A DNA stretch of 60,131 bases, from positions 1 through 60,131 of the forward strand of contig JALDZX010000086.1 of the NCBI GenBank assembly GCA_022813865.1, given 5' to 3'. Below the pieces are notes generated by a model that saw nothing but the letters and a program-made list of their open reading frames with translations, had not been told where the DNA came from and did not search any database. This stretch comes from Xylographa opegraphella (Eukaryota). The translations under genes and the position numbers were made by a program. Position 1 is the stretch's first letter, and every line of letters starts with the position of its first letter. Of the stretch, positions 1 through 13,606 are shown one piece after another.

Positions 1-314
1 TCCAATGATTTGATAGAACTACGAGGACAGAGTTTGAGATGCCTAAATAACGAATTCATTCCGGTACAGGTGGTTTTCCGCCACCCATGGAGGGACGTTA
101 CCTTAGTATTGTGGGTGGCGGTGAGGACTGCCCATGTGGATTCCATTTGTCGATAATAATCCAAGGAAACAATTACGGTTATCCCATTGATGCTAGTGTT
201 GACGAAATTGCGTTGCTGGCAAAGTTAACTGGATTGTAAACAACGACATCGCTATAAATCAAAGCAGTCCATGCGGTTTGCATTGGGCCCACTTCCATCG
301 CAGCTTTGCTCCTC

Positions 315-3300
315 CTACTTCCCGAGCACCCGTCTCCACATCGAACGCTTCCGAGGTCCTTCCTTGCCCGCATAGTTCTCCTCCTCGATATTGTGCTTGC
401 CAACGATACTGAGGAACACCTGATCCAAGGTGGTCTGACTGACACTATAGTACTCGAATCCGACCTGCTGCTTATTGCTTTCCAGTGTGGAGAACAACGC
501 CGCGATACCGCTCCGGTCGCGGGCGGTAGGTAACGAAGACTTGCTTTCTGATGCGATCTCAAGCTCGTCACTGCTCGCACTGTCCGCCGACTTAGGCCGA
601 ACTGAAGCCGGAGAGCTTGCAGACACACTGAACCGAACCTGGCCGTGGAAGGCCTTTTCTTCCGTGATCGCTCCCGGGAACTTATTCGCGATCCATGCTT
701 TGACATTATCCGTCTCTTCGAACTTGGTATAGGGAGCGGTTTTCATAAGAAGATGAACGTGATAGCGATCCCCATACATTTTTCGTAGATAATCACTCGT
801 CCCGAGAGCCAGCATCTTCTTAGCCATGATACCGGCTCGGTTGGCCAGCGCGTCAGCTTCTTCCATGCTGTGTGTGGTAAGGACAATTGATCGGCCAGCA
901 ACCACACTGGCAAGCGTTTTCCACATCACTCGTTTCGCAGCAACATCCATACCGGATGATGGTTCGTCGAGTAGTAGAACGGTAGGGTTTCCCATTAGAG
1001 CAATGCCCAGGGAAAGCTTGCGCTTGTTGCCACCACTGAGACTGGCCGCCATTCGACTTTGAAAAGCCTCAAGACCGACCGCTTTGATAACCTCCTTGAC
1101 ATTGTGATCCACATCCTTCGCACGTAGGCCTCTTATTCTTGCATAAAATCGAAGGTGTTCTTCGCAGGTCAAAAGATCCATTGCATCGAATTGTGGACAC
1201 ACTCCCAGGTGTTGACGAGCAGTGGCCCGCTTTTTGCTGATCGGGACGCTTTCGATGTAGACTTCGCCTCCGTTATTTGCTGCTCTAACCTCCCCTCGTA
1301 TCACACTGATAGTGGTTGACTTCCCTGCTCCGTTGGGACCAAGCAGTGCAAACACCTCGCCTCGTTTCACGCCAAAGCTAATATCCTCTACCGCTGTGAT
1401 CGCGCCATAAGACTTGGTGAGGTGAAGAACACGTAGCCCATCATCTGTTGAGGCTTCCACTCGTGCAAGCTCCGCTGCTATTTCATTTTCTTGCATGTCC
1501 ACGGATCTTTCCGCGTCCTCATCTCGATGAGTCTTTCTGCTGAAAAGTCTCCCGATTTTCGATCCACTATCCCGCCATACCAAGAACGTAAAAAGCGATA
1601 TGCTTTGTATAATTAAGTACAATATCGGCCCACCATACACGGTGATCGCGCCGGGATAAGCCGCTATTGACGTGTCGACACAAATTATTGAGAAAATGTT
1701 GAGAGATATGAACAAAGACCGTATAAGACTACCCGTGGGAAACACCGCTGCCAAAGTAAAGTGCACTACATTGAGGTTGGTGTCGATTTTATCAACCGAC
1801 GCTATTTACATTCGTTAGCTCGTTGCACATCGATGATCTGCGGGAAACTTACAATATGTCAAGGTGCTCAAATAAGCAATTATATACAACAGAAACATAA
1901 CAGCATTCACACCGGCAGCAATGGCAAACGCAGCGAGCTGGATCTGATTAGCATCGTTTATGCTCCACATTGAGGGCGGCGTTACACACCTGAGACTTCG
2001 CAAACAACGACACAACGTATGATCCAAGTGTACAAGTAAGACCATACAAGGCGAATACCACGAAGAGATAACCAAGTCCATACCAAACGTCATTGACAGC
2101 CCTCAAAATGATGATCGACACTACAGCCCCGACGAGTACAAAAACGTAATCCCATAGGATGTAAGCTAGCCAAAGCGGTAGACTTCTGACACCGTTACTG
2201 TAATGAAGCGCTCTGACATTTCTCAACCGTTCCACGCAAGGATACAAGGCGAAGAATGAAGGGTAGATGGCCATTGCCAAGCCGAGGTACACAGAAAATT
2301 GAAGTGTGGAACCTTGGTCTGCCTGCCATGGGATATCGAATGTTTGATATTGAGATGCAATTGAGATGTTGGTAAGCAGGGTATCGAGAGCATTTTGGGT
2401 TATGGTAGCAAGAGCTATGCCAGCATCGCCTTGATAAGCAAAAACGGGAGGAGAATCGTGGTCGCCTAAGTAAAAGCCACCCGGCGTGACATTGGCGTAA
2501 TTCTGTGTAATATATGTGTTGAAGTCTGCGAGACTGTTGACCATATGCACGGAAGATTCCAAGGTCGAAAGATTAGTTCCTCCGGTTGAAGGTGAGCCAC
2601 CTCCAGGCAATGTGCTTTGGATACGCTGTAAACTTTCCAGTGACAGTGCGGATGCTGGGCCGATCACAAGGTCATAGTTATACTCACTCGCCAGGGAAGC
2701 AATCCTCGACGCGGAAACTTGATCAATAGGGTTGCAGCCCGCTCCTCCAAAGCTTGAGATATATAGAGTTGTAAGTCCTGCAGCAATGATGGGTATGAGA
2801 AGAGCAGCAAGATTAGGCAGAGCGTTCCTTCGAAAGACAGTGGCACGTTTCTGAAACAAAACCCATCCTTGGCGGAATGGTCCGATGCGCTTGCCGGTCA
2901 AGAGATTCAATTCCTTTTCGGAATCAGTCTCTGAGCCATGTACCTCTGACACCTGGACGACTCCCTTCTCTTCCACGTCAAGCACTGCTTCGTGTGAAAG
3001 CTTTCCCTCCATCGTCATCTCTTCTGAAATCTTCATGAAAGCGTCTTCAATAGTTGGTCCGCTGATTTGATAGTCTTTGAATCCCTGAGCTTCCAGCACT
3101 GAGAGCAGATCTGCAGCCTGTGACGAGTCCGGAACAAGATAGGTCGTTTGGTCGTACATTTCCTTCCTTACTATGTCATCAAAGGCTGGAGCAAAAGAGC
3201 CAACATTCCCTGGAGTATGGTAGAGATGGATCCGGTACATCCCTAATGAGTGCTTGATCTCCGGTGCCGTTCCTTCGGTCTTGATCGAGCCTTTCGACAT

Positions 3301-5514
3301 GATGGCGATGTAGTCGGACAATAGGTCTGCCTCGTCGAGGAAGTGCGTAGTGAAAATCATGGTTCGGTTTGAACGACTCCTCTCGGCAAGTAATATGTCC
3401 TGGAGTTTCCGCCGTGCCAGTGCATCGACCCCACTGCTGCACTCATCAATTAAACAAACTCTGCTGCCTCCAGTGAACATTAAGGTAAGTTGAAGTTTAC
3501 GCATTTGCCCTCCAGATAAACTTCCTGCACGAGCCCCAATCTTTCTATCCAGATCACAAGCTTTGATCAGTTCCGTATTCTCTGCCTTTGATGCAGGCTT
3601 GCCAGTAGACTTTAGCCGATTGAATATAGATACGTGCTCCGCTACCGTAAGTTCTTTCCAGAGTACGTTCTTTTGGGGACAGAAACCAAGCCCTTGTCTA
3701 AAATCAACTGAAATGGAACCGCTAGTCACTGTTGTCAAACCCGCAATCGCATCGAGTGTAGTTGACTTTCCACTTAAATGATAAAAATCAGCATTTCGAA
3801 AAAGTCATTGACTAATCCCTACGACTTACCTGCCATTTGCTCCAAGCAGAACCATAATCTGCCCTGGTAGGACATTCAAGCTTAAGTCGTTCACAGCGAC
3901 CACGGTTTCCTTCCTCTTACGCCGGAAAAGCGACCCAAAAGTCTTACTTAACCAACTTGGCTTGAAGTGCTTGGTAAAACCAGTAAGCTGTACAGCTGCT
4001 TGCGTATCCCCATTTGATATGAGACGTCGCCCACTAGATGCCGTACCCCAGAGTGATCTTTCAACGAGAATAGCCAGAATCGGATACACGAAAATCTGCA
4101 CTATCAAAAATATCCAGAAGACAATACCTGGTATTGTCCACGGGTTATCCGGAGCTGACTTGATCAGATTTGTTCCAAGGTCTTGAGTTTCCCAACGAGC
4201 CATTAATATAATAAAAAATGTATAATTCATCGGAACAAAGAGTAGACTCAGCACTGCAACAGCTCCGTTGCTGGCTGGGTTTATTACCTGGGCTATAACA
4301 GCTAACAGAAGCGCGATGATTGTGACAGATATGCCACTCAGTTGGGCCCGTTTGAAGAAAGCTGCGCCGAACAACGAGAATGATGCCAGAGAAAGACCGG
4401 TCAGAAGGTGCAGCACTAGGTGGTTGGTTCAGCAAGAACATGACAAGTCTAGGGAACGCCTACCTAAGACTATACCAAGCGAAGTCTGTTGAAACACGCC
4501 TTTGTTGAGGATGATTGACAACACAACCCAACCAGGCAGGAATAGTATTGAAAAGGCCAGATGATAAGAGAGTAGCCTGGCAAGCTGAGGCTGCCAGCGA
4601 CGCAGGTTGGGCATCATACATTCAATCAGCTGGGCCATTTGTGACTCACGCTCCGTAGCTTGAGCGCCGACTTGTTGGTAGAGTATACCACACACACCAA
4701 TGAAAAATGCGACCCCCAAAATTGATATTATGCCCCCCATGTATCTGACCCTGATATTGGTATTCCGCTCGGCTTGGCTCATCGACGTATAAGGATACTC
4801 GTAAATGTCGTTCAGTGCATTTTGGTCTGCCCGTTTATCTGTTGATGCAATCGCAACATCTATGGCATGTTGTAAGGGGAGCACATAGATCTCCTGATCA
4901 TTGTTCGACTGCGTAACCTTGATTGTTTCCCCCAAAGAACCGTCGGCGCGTAGCGTGTAGTTCCACATCCCTCCTGTACCCTCCGTAGGAGAGGAATGGA
5001 AAACCACGCCCGCAATACAGAAGGATGCTCCCCGAAGACTATTCTTACATATCGTAAGAAGCTCATCTTCGGCCGATAATATTTGAACAATCTTGCCATC
5101 CGCTTTAGCAACGTCCGCTATCTGATTGATCACATTTTCAATTTCGCCACCGGTGAAGCCATTGTTGACAAAAGCGAGCGTTGTCCGATCCCCTGAGACT
5201 TCTCCAAAGGACTTGTGTAGAGATTGAACCAGATTGGGAGTTCCAATGCCATAGATTGAAGGCGGAATGAACAGATTGCGCGCATAGGCTACAAATAATC
5301 AGAATACCAAGCGGCGAAAGCGATCTAGCAAGAATGATATACTCACAAAGAAACTATGGATGTTAGCCAGGTTATCAAGTTGGTAGCTCAGGAGTTCTAC
5401 CCAGCTGAAGACTACAGGAAGCAGAAAAGCTCGCAAAGGCGTTGTGATTGGATGTCGAAACAGTACGATCAGAAGGTTCTTCCAGACCAGTGTCCAGACT
5501 TGCCTGAAGAACAT
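315..5514 (-). CDS. ABCA-subfamily full-length ABC transporter (TMD-NBD-TMD-NBD), multi-exon
   Basis: Start MFFRQVWTLVWKNLLIV at 5514 is a typical ABCA N-terminus. NBD1 has GANG|SGKST split by an intron near 3775-3829, plus LSGGQMRKL and LIDECSSGVD. NBD2 has GPNGAGKST, LSGGNKRKL, LLDEPSSGMD and LTTHSMEEA. C-terminus YSVSQTTLDQVFL. ORF fragments join through GT-AG introns. Confidence 0.95.
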
Positions 5515-6871
5515 GGCGGCGTGAGGCGACACCAAATGTTATTGCACCTGGATAAATAGACTCCGGTACATCATGAGCGGCGAGGAGAAATATAGGGTCG
5601 GTCCGGTGGAGGGAGGTTTCGTGATATGTACACAGGCCAGAAGGATCAGGCAATGCGAAGATTCGGAGGCAAGAACCTCGTGTAGAAGCACAATTGCTCC
5701 TGCAGAGGCATCATTCTGGAGGCCGCGCACTCGTACGGAAATAGGTTAATGTCGTCGTTAATGCATTTCTCACTAGCCAGACTAGTCACTTTTGCCCCAC
5801 GCCCGCCGGCCTGTCAAACTCCGAGACTAGGCTTCTTCATGCATGATCGTGGTTACACAATGTATCAATATCAACGTTACATGTCAAGAGCACAAGAGGT
5901 CCAAGGCGCTTCGACTTTCTGACTATAATCGTTCTTTCAAGTGCTCCCCTCACGGATGTACTGCTTTGTCTCTAAGGTATCTTACCTCGTCCTTGACTTC
6001 CACTGTGCCTAGCTGGCTATTACTATATACCCCGTACTGTTTTCATAATAGCGATCGTTATCAATGTGCCGATAATTGTACTGGTCTTGCAGTCTCCATT
6101 ATCACAGCGTCTAACCTTGTTGCCGGCAAGTCCTGGCTGGATCTTTGAGGCCCACGCTGCTCTTTCTGATCCCTTCACGCCCCATCAGGATAAATGGTTA
6201 GAGATAGATATGTCGTCCTCTCAGTAGAGAGACGGCCTCCAGTTCTCCTATATATAAACTGCACATGCAGTATCAAAATTATCGAAACTAAAGGTCATTC
6301 ACAATAATATTCCCCAGCGCTTTCCCTTATCAACTACTTACCTTACCCCACACGCTTTCCATTATCAATATAGTGTTTGGTATTTCGAACTATCTTACAA
6401 GTACATTAATTAAGGTAAGCGAGCTGTGTCTAGATTACGCCCTTGCTTGAAACAGATTATTACTGTTTACCAGTAGCGCCGAGGTCGTAGCGAAGCAAAT
6501 ATATAAATGATCTACAGCGAAACAGGGACAGGGCTTTCAGTCTGATTTCACATTTCTTCTGATCTCAAGGGTATCACCAATAAGCTGTGTGCAAGTGGTC
6601 ACGACGGCTTCTTTTTCTTTTATCTACGAAGCTTGATTTGATGTGAAGATTTTAATGGAATTGATGCTGATGAACTTCGCAATTTCTGTTCGCCCAAATC
6701 TCACCTCACCATGTCGTGAACCAATGTAAAGCATGCTCCGTTGTCCTAACATTCTATCGTTGATTGGCCTTAACCTCCTGTTGTACACGATTTCTGTAAT
6801 GCAAAGACCACACTTCCCATTCCCCAAATCGCTATCAACCTCATGCACCATTGCTGTGTGCTGGGGACGCG

Positions 6872-7333
6872 TCACTCAGCAGCTGGCGCAGCTTCTTTCG
6901 CAGGGCAGGGACCGGAAGCCCAGGCCTTTGCTTTACCTTTGGCATCCTTCCTGATGTGACCGCCAACCTTACATAGGGAGGGATCGCCCTTCTTGCAAGT
7001 ATGGCATCCGTTTGCGGCTCTCGCAACCAGCTCGTTTCTGACCCTCAGGTCTGTCAGTTCCCGTCCGAAAAGCTGTTTTCGCAACGCCAGCTCCCTCTCG
7101 AAGAGGCGGTCCTCGTCGAAGTCTCGCTCATAGAATTGATGAGCGGCTTGGTATGGTTCGGGTGCTGCGTAGGCGTCACGTTCGGTGAGATGATATTCAT
7201 CAGAGTATATGCTGGGGTAGGCGTCGCGCTCAGCAAGATTGTGTTCGGTAGAATACATGCTCGGGTAGGCATATGCTGCGATGGAGGTGCTGAGGGCGAG
7301 AAGTGCAATGGAGGAACTGATAGGGAGCTGCAT
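6872..7333 (-). CDS. Small secreted preproprotein (153 aa): signal peptide, repeated xxER|D/E pro-segments, C-terminal 48-aa cationic 4-Cys peptide
   Basis: Intronless; ATG at 7333 gives signal peptide MQLPISSSIALLALSTSIAA. Repeats AYPSMYSTEHNLAERD and AYPSIYSDEYHLTERD, then FYERD, LFERE, LFGRE, LVAR|AANGCHTCKKGDPSLCKV...GPCPAKEAAPAAE. Confidence 0.85.
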   Translation of the reverse strand: MQLPISSSIALLALSTSIAAYAYPSMYSTEHNLAERDAYPSIYSDEYHLTERDAYAAPEPYQAAHQFYERDFDEDRLFERELALRKQLFGRELTDLRVRNELVARAANGCHTCKKGDPSLCKVGGHIRKDAKGKAKAWASGPCPAKEAAPAAE

Positions 7334-10300
7334 TTTTGAACTCGAGATTGCTGGAGTAAAAGAAATTGAGGACAGGAGAGACGCAGATGGGAATTTCTGA
7401 TATTTTAGATGTAGATGTAATATGTTAAGAACCAATGGATTTGCTGCTCTCGGTACACAGCAGAACGAAGGTTCTTATACCTGAATCGTAGATACGGCGT
7501 ATAGCGTACAACAAGTCCAGCACCATGGTTTTGTTGCCCCGGCGTGCAAATCCAACTTGCAAAGCGGATTAGCATCCTATCTAGCATTATATCAAAGTTC
7601 TTAGACTTGAGTACCGGACTCATCGCATAAAGCCAATGCGGCGCGACCGACCGCGGAGTCAGATCTACCGGTTGAGCTTATTGTTCCTCCGAACAGCGAC
7701 CATAGTGCACTAGAGTATTTCTACCGTGCCGGTTGCTTCGTTGGTTGGCTTCTTTCTACGCTTCCCCGGGCCACATGGGCCACTTCCGTCGCAAGGCAAT
7801 TGCATCGTGATTCGTGTTACACTCTCCGCACTTGTGCCAAGTCTCTTCGATGTTGGGCGAGTGTCACCGCTAATGATCGCATTGGAGCAGAGCGATGTCG
7901 AGCATTGTGTATTCTTGGTGGCGCGATCAAGTGCTCTCCAGGTTTCCAAGAATTGGCCGAGCCCGGGTGAGCGCCTAGCGGTAGACTATAGCGGACTAGT
8001 TGTAACCTGCACAGCAAAACACCGAACACGCTGCCTAGCTATAGTCTACAGATCTGATACACAACTAAACTATCAGTATAGGTAGTTACTCTCAACCCAA
8101 CAATGCGTCCATATTCGCCGCTTCCCATTTCGGAACAAGCCTAGATACTGCGAAACGAGCCCACTCGTTCTTGGCAACAGTCCTCCTTGACACCGTGGCG
8201 CGGAAGTCTCCACATCTATTAAGCGCGATGTTGGGAACCCCACAATAACAACGAAGAAAGGTTCACGTCTGCGGTGTAATCATGATGCGTACATGCCGAT
8301 ACTGCGTGAAACTCTTGAACTCCGCCATGTTGAGAAGTTGTGTGGTTTCATTTGAACTCCCGACCGTGATCGCAGAAGAAGCTCCCACGGAGGCCAGGAA
8401 TGCTGCGAGAACAGCTTAACAGTGCCGAGCCGGAGACTTCAAATCGAAGACATGGTCTTGCATCTGCCTTGGAGGCCATGCATCCGGAGCTGTGCAGCCT
8501 CGGAGATAATCGACCTCAACATTCTACTAACGTGGGCCTGTGCCCTTGATGGTGCTGCGCAACTTGGTTGGAAGCTGAGCATGAAAGTTTACGATGGACG
8601 AGTTGGCGGCTGTATAGCTTACTTTTAAGATTTTGTCTCCTCTATCTTACAATATCGTGGCGAGACTTACATGGCTGGCTGTCAATTACTATTTTTGTAT
8701 GGTTGCGAGCGGATGGGAATCAGACCCATGGATGATGGTTACTAGCATATGTACGGGCAAAATTTCAAAAAAAGGATCAAAGAGCGGAAGCCCAGGAAGA
8801 AAGATAGGTAAATGAGAGAGTCCTCTTGCTCGTGTTCATGAAATCGAGTATTCCTCATTCGTGAATGAAGGTAGACCCCAAGCATCAGCGAAATGGACGG
8901 ATGACGAGTCAGAAATTCTGGCTGATTTGAGCACTATGCTGGTTGAAAGCCAAGGTGGCAGATGTTTGTGTGCTTCGCACTTGGCCACAACCATCGTATG
9001 TAGCGACAGTTGGGAAAGCTATATAAAGAGATGGTGAGGTGTGATGTGGAAGCAGCAATCAGGGAGAGGAAAGAAGAATGTTCTATCGTTTCTGAAAGTC
9101 AGGAAGGGTTTCAGAGCTCAGGGGAAGCATCTAGTTGTAAAGGACGGTATCCTCTGGGTTGGCGATGAAGCGTCGAGGTTCTGCGAGTAATCCCAGAAGC
9201 ATCGCACTCGGAATATTGCGTTTGGTGGGAGCAATGACTACTGTCGGAGAGACGATCAATTTACGGATCTGCTCCAACTTACAAGCCAGGCGAATGATCG
9301 TATCGCCCAAATAATAGAGCAAATGGGACGGATGATGAATACAGGTTGAAGCAGTCGAATGCATGGATTTTGAACCAAATAGTGAGATTGGTAGGAACAC
9401 CCGGTCATCTAAACTGTCTTACAGCACTGTTTGATAAAAGGAAGCATGCTGAGATTAAGTGAATCGTACGTGATGGGGAAAATCGTCACGGGCAAACCAT
9501 TGCTTGCCTTTTGTGACTTGATGTAGCCGAGATCGAGCGGATGGCCGTACGGAAGATGCTGAAAGTAAGGCCTGTCGAGCTTCAATCTGTTAAAGGTCTC
9601 ACCTGCTCCGTGAAAAACTGAGAATCATGAGTGTATAGCCACGGCTCGTTGCAGCAATGATCTTTAGCATTATTATTCCGATTCGCATATCGACTTGCCT
9701 TGGAATGTACCCTGTGAAGCAATATCGTGGTGGAAGCTGGCATCGCGGTCGATCAGGCTCCTCGACATGGAGTATGCTTGCAATGCCATTTGAAGAAATG
9801 TACCTCGAAACGAGAAGTCGCCATTGCACCTGGTAGCGTTTCAACCTTTCATAATTTCTCTTCCCTATTTCTGTTGACTCTTACAGAGGAAGAGTGCTCT
9901 TCTCACCCCAGTTAAGCGCTGGTCTGCGGCTGGCACGGTCCAGTTTCAAGTCCAGTCATGCGTCCGTTGCCCATCACGTCTGTACAGTCCCGCTGAGCCG
10001 GAAGGCATCCTGCCTAGGTACATGGTTGTTAAGCCTGCGCATGTCTTCCACGCAAGCGACTTCGATTTGATCATCAGGCGAGTCGTCGCTTCGAAGTCAG
10101 TAATCACATTGCTTCCAGATTCGTAGGACCTAGCACGGCATACTGGTCCAACGGCCTTCTATCAGTACCTTCGTAACTGGTGCACTTGTATCGACGAGTG
10201 GGTGGTCATTTGGCGGTATTCTGCAGCACGAGAGCTTCCACCAGTGTAATCTGACGGCTGCTAAGCGTAATCTATGCTACCTTGCCTTACGCATGTGCTT

Positions 10301-11460
10301 GCATCAATCCCTTTGGTGCTTGCTGAAGTGACAGTGAACCGTGATCACGATCCATTTGAAGGCGTTGCACACACATCATCAGGTGTGCAAGGGAGACGAC
10401 TCCACAAAAAGATTCGAGGTCGGCCTTACGGTTGGGCGGTGAGATGCAGCAGTTATAGACTCGCAAACCACCACATCAGCCGACGTTCGCTTTGGAGGTT
10501 GTGTGCCGTTGCATGTTGTGTGTAAAGGCTGCGGAGTCCTCCGTATATCTCACAATGCAACAAAAGGCAACGGCACTACTACCACTGGCCACATTATGTC
10601 ACTGGCCTTTGTCGCCTTACTCAGGACACTGCGCCTCAACAAACACACTCGACATCTCCCGACTGCACTTACGTACTGTTGCACCCGCCAACAGGGGACG
10701 TGGGTGCAAGTTCTCTGTCAGGACGCTCAGCTGCTGCACGAAGGACGGCCTCCGATGTAAGACTTGCGGCTTAGCGCTTTTCCTCCCAATCCTCTGCGCG
10801 TGCCTGGACGGAAATTGTTTCAACTAAGAAAGCCGGCTTGAAACTCTCCTTCCCATAGGTCGGCCCGTCGTCAGCCCGTCCAGATCTTGCCGCTATCGTA
10901 TTGCACCAAGCTTGTATGGGCCTAGTGCTGTCTCGATAGCCCTGCTGCCCTGGCGATAAGGAGCTCTGCCGACCGTGAAATTGTTTCATTCCATCCCTCA
11001 TTCTCCACCCACTACCACACCNCCCCCCCAATAATGCATATGATTATGGTCACATCGCTGGCGCCCGCCTTCGATAAACACTTTGGTGTTGTATCTGCTC
11101 GAAATGGCTAGATGAGGCGCTCCACTGTCCACCCCCCTTGTGTTGCAGTCCCCCTGGCGCGAAATGATCGTGATATCGGTGTCGGTGCGCATCCAATATT
11201 ACTTATCTGTCGCACCGCCCCGTTTGTCTGTTTGTCACCTGCGCTCCTTCATTCACGGTCCTTTCAGCACGCTGGGTTCTTTGTTACTCACTGCCGGTGC
11301 GGTCTCTGCACGGCACCATTCCTTGTGTCTTGCGCTCACATTCCTTACAACCACTGCGGTATTGGCTTCCGCGCTCAACACAAATATCAGTCAAGAGAGC
11401 CTCGATTGATTCGAGCTCGTCCATTCCTTCAGTGTCTACACCGAACAAAGAAGTGCCAGG

Positions 11461-12878
11461 ATGCATTTCACTCACTCAATACTCCTGGCAGCGCTTTTCC
11501 TCGCCTCCGCGGTCATGCAAGCCCAGGCAAAGGCCGTGTTTGCCCACTTCATTGTTCGTCCTCCGATGTCCATCTGGTGAGAGACTCGCTAACGGTGTCC
11601 CTCGATAGGTCGGCAACGCATATGGTTTTGATACGGCAGCATACACCCAAGAGATGACCCTTGCCTCGGCCGCTGGCATCGATGGGTTCGCGATGAATAT
11701 TGCTGGCGATCCCTGGACCGAGGACCAGCTCGACGCCGCCTACAGCGCAGCGGCCCCTCTCAACTTCAAGCTCTTTTTATCTTTCGACCATGCAGCCAAC
11801 GACGGAGCATTCGGTGGCTCTTTTACCGCTGCGAACATTACAGCCTACATCAACAGGTACAAAGCCGAGCCAGCTCAGTATCTATATGGTGCCAAAGCCC
11901 AGCCAGTTGCTTCGACATTTGAAGGACCCGGACATGCTGCCGACTGGATCAGCGTTCAAGAGGCGACCCAATGTTTCTTCATTCCCGATTGGACCAGTAT
12001 GAAAACGGCCCCCAATGCTGCCAGCCTGTTTGCGACCGTCAATGGTGCTCTTTCATGGGACGTCTGGCCGAATGGTCCTACCGGGATATCTACCATGATT
12101 GATACGGACTGGAAATCTATTCTCGGCGACAAGGTTTACATGATGGGCGTGTCCCCGTGGTTCTACACCAATCTTCCCGCCTACTCTAAAAATTGGTTGT
12201 GGCGAGGTGATAACCTCTGGCACGATCGCTGGCAACAAGTCCTGGAAATTCAACCCGATATCGTAGAGGTGCGTTCTCGTTCTTGCTACTGCGCTTTCGC
12301 GTCTGGACGATGCTAACCGAGAACAGATTTTGACATGGAATGATTACGGTGAAAGCCATTATATCGGTCCGCTACACACCGAGAACTTTCCTCCAGGTTC
12401 TGAGCTATACGCTACCGACAAGCCCCACGACGCATGGCGCGACCTTCTTCCGTACTACATCGCAGCTTATAAAAACGGAAATTCAAGCTCGATCCCTGTT
12501 ACGGAGGAAAAGATCATCTGGGCGCACAAAACCAATCCCGCCGGGTCTGGATCTGCGGCTGGCACGGTCGGCAACCAGCCTGGGCAAACAACGTACTCAC
12601 CTGGTCAGCTCAACCTGGATGCTATCAACCTGGACGTCATCGTGCAAGAACCGTCGCAGGTCACGGTCCAGATTGGCGACAACGCGCCAAGCGTATGGCA
12701 AGCAAACGTTGCGGGGCCCAACCATTTCCTCATTTACTGGAACGGGCAGACAGGCACTATAACCTATAAAGTGTCCAGAAACGGCCAGACCGTACTGAGC
12801 GCCACTGGGGCCACGATTACGTCGGACTGTGCCGACGGACGCGTCAACTGGAACGCCGAGGTTGGCAGCTCGTCTTGA
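11461..12878 (+). CDS. Secreted glycoside hydrolase family 71 alpha-1,3-glucanase (mutanase, Agn1-like)
   Basis: Signal peptide MHFTHSILLAALFLASAVMQAQA, then KAVFAHFI|VGN, AAGIDGFAMN, FKLFLSFD, STFEG, FFIPDW, YMMGVSPWFYTNL, KNWLWRGDNLW, TWNDYGESHYIGP. Introns 11554-11608 and 12269-12326. Confidence 0.95.
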
Positions 12879-13606
12879 TGATTCTTCATGTCCAACATGC
12901 TTTTCTTGTACTTTTTCATGCTTTCCAATTTTCTCTTCTTTGTAACATATCTAGATGATAGAGTTGGTTAGAATGAGCGCCAAGAGTGTACAGTATGTAA
13001 CCATAGTGTTCCTGTACTTTCATCAGCAATAGTCACACGAAAACGTTGTGATGATGACTGCAAAAATTGTGCCTTGTGCGAAGAACGTGGCTTAAGGCGA
13101 AGAGTCATCCGTAATACTCCGTATTGTGTAATCTTACTCCGTCCATGGCTGAGCTCTTCGCACCCAAGGTCTTGGCGCATAACGTGGAGAGCGTGGCTCG
13201 GTAACGGAGCCTAAGGTTTAGTGTGATAGGCCCCTGCACCACTTTACTTTAGCGTGTTGGTACCTCGACTTGACAAGGATCATTGTTTACTTTCGAGACT
13301 CCGGCTCTATCTCGGCACAACAGCTCCGTCGAGTTTTGTCCATCGTCAATCATCATCCGCGGCCGTGACTCTACGTCTTGCGACAGAGAGAGTATACTTC
13401 TCAGTCGCGGCATCATCACATTCGCTGAACACCCGAGGCGCAATTATATTCACAGTCCTTATCGACGCACCCGCCGCGAAGCTACTCACACTGCACCTCT
13501 ACCTCGCGCATTTCTACTGCTGAAGCCTCAGTGCGCATTTGCCTCCTCATGCTATCCTCTGCAAGTGTGTCGCATTTGGAACAAGTATACAAATGCGAGA
13601 AGCAAA

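Noticed and set aside
6990..7010. CHTCK as a c-type heme-binding motif (CxxCH/K)
   Set aside because: The peptide is secreted via the ER, where I know of no heme-lyase route; disulfide bonding is the simpler explanation.
6872..7333. Dikaritin (ustiloxin-type) RiPP cluster built from the Tyr-rich repeat precursor and the tyrosinase
   Set aside because: No UstYa/DUF3328 gene is visible, the repeats lack KR flanks, and the tyrosinase is about 49 kb away beyond many housekeeping genes.
13283..13606. 108-aa N-terminal extension of CYK3 in the ORF track
   Set aside because: It starts at a non-ATG codon; the SH3 domain begins right after ATG 13607.
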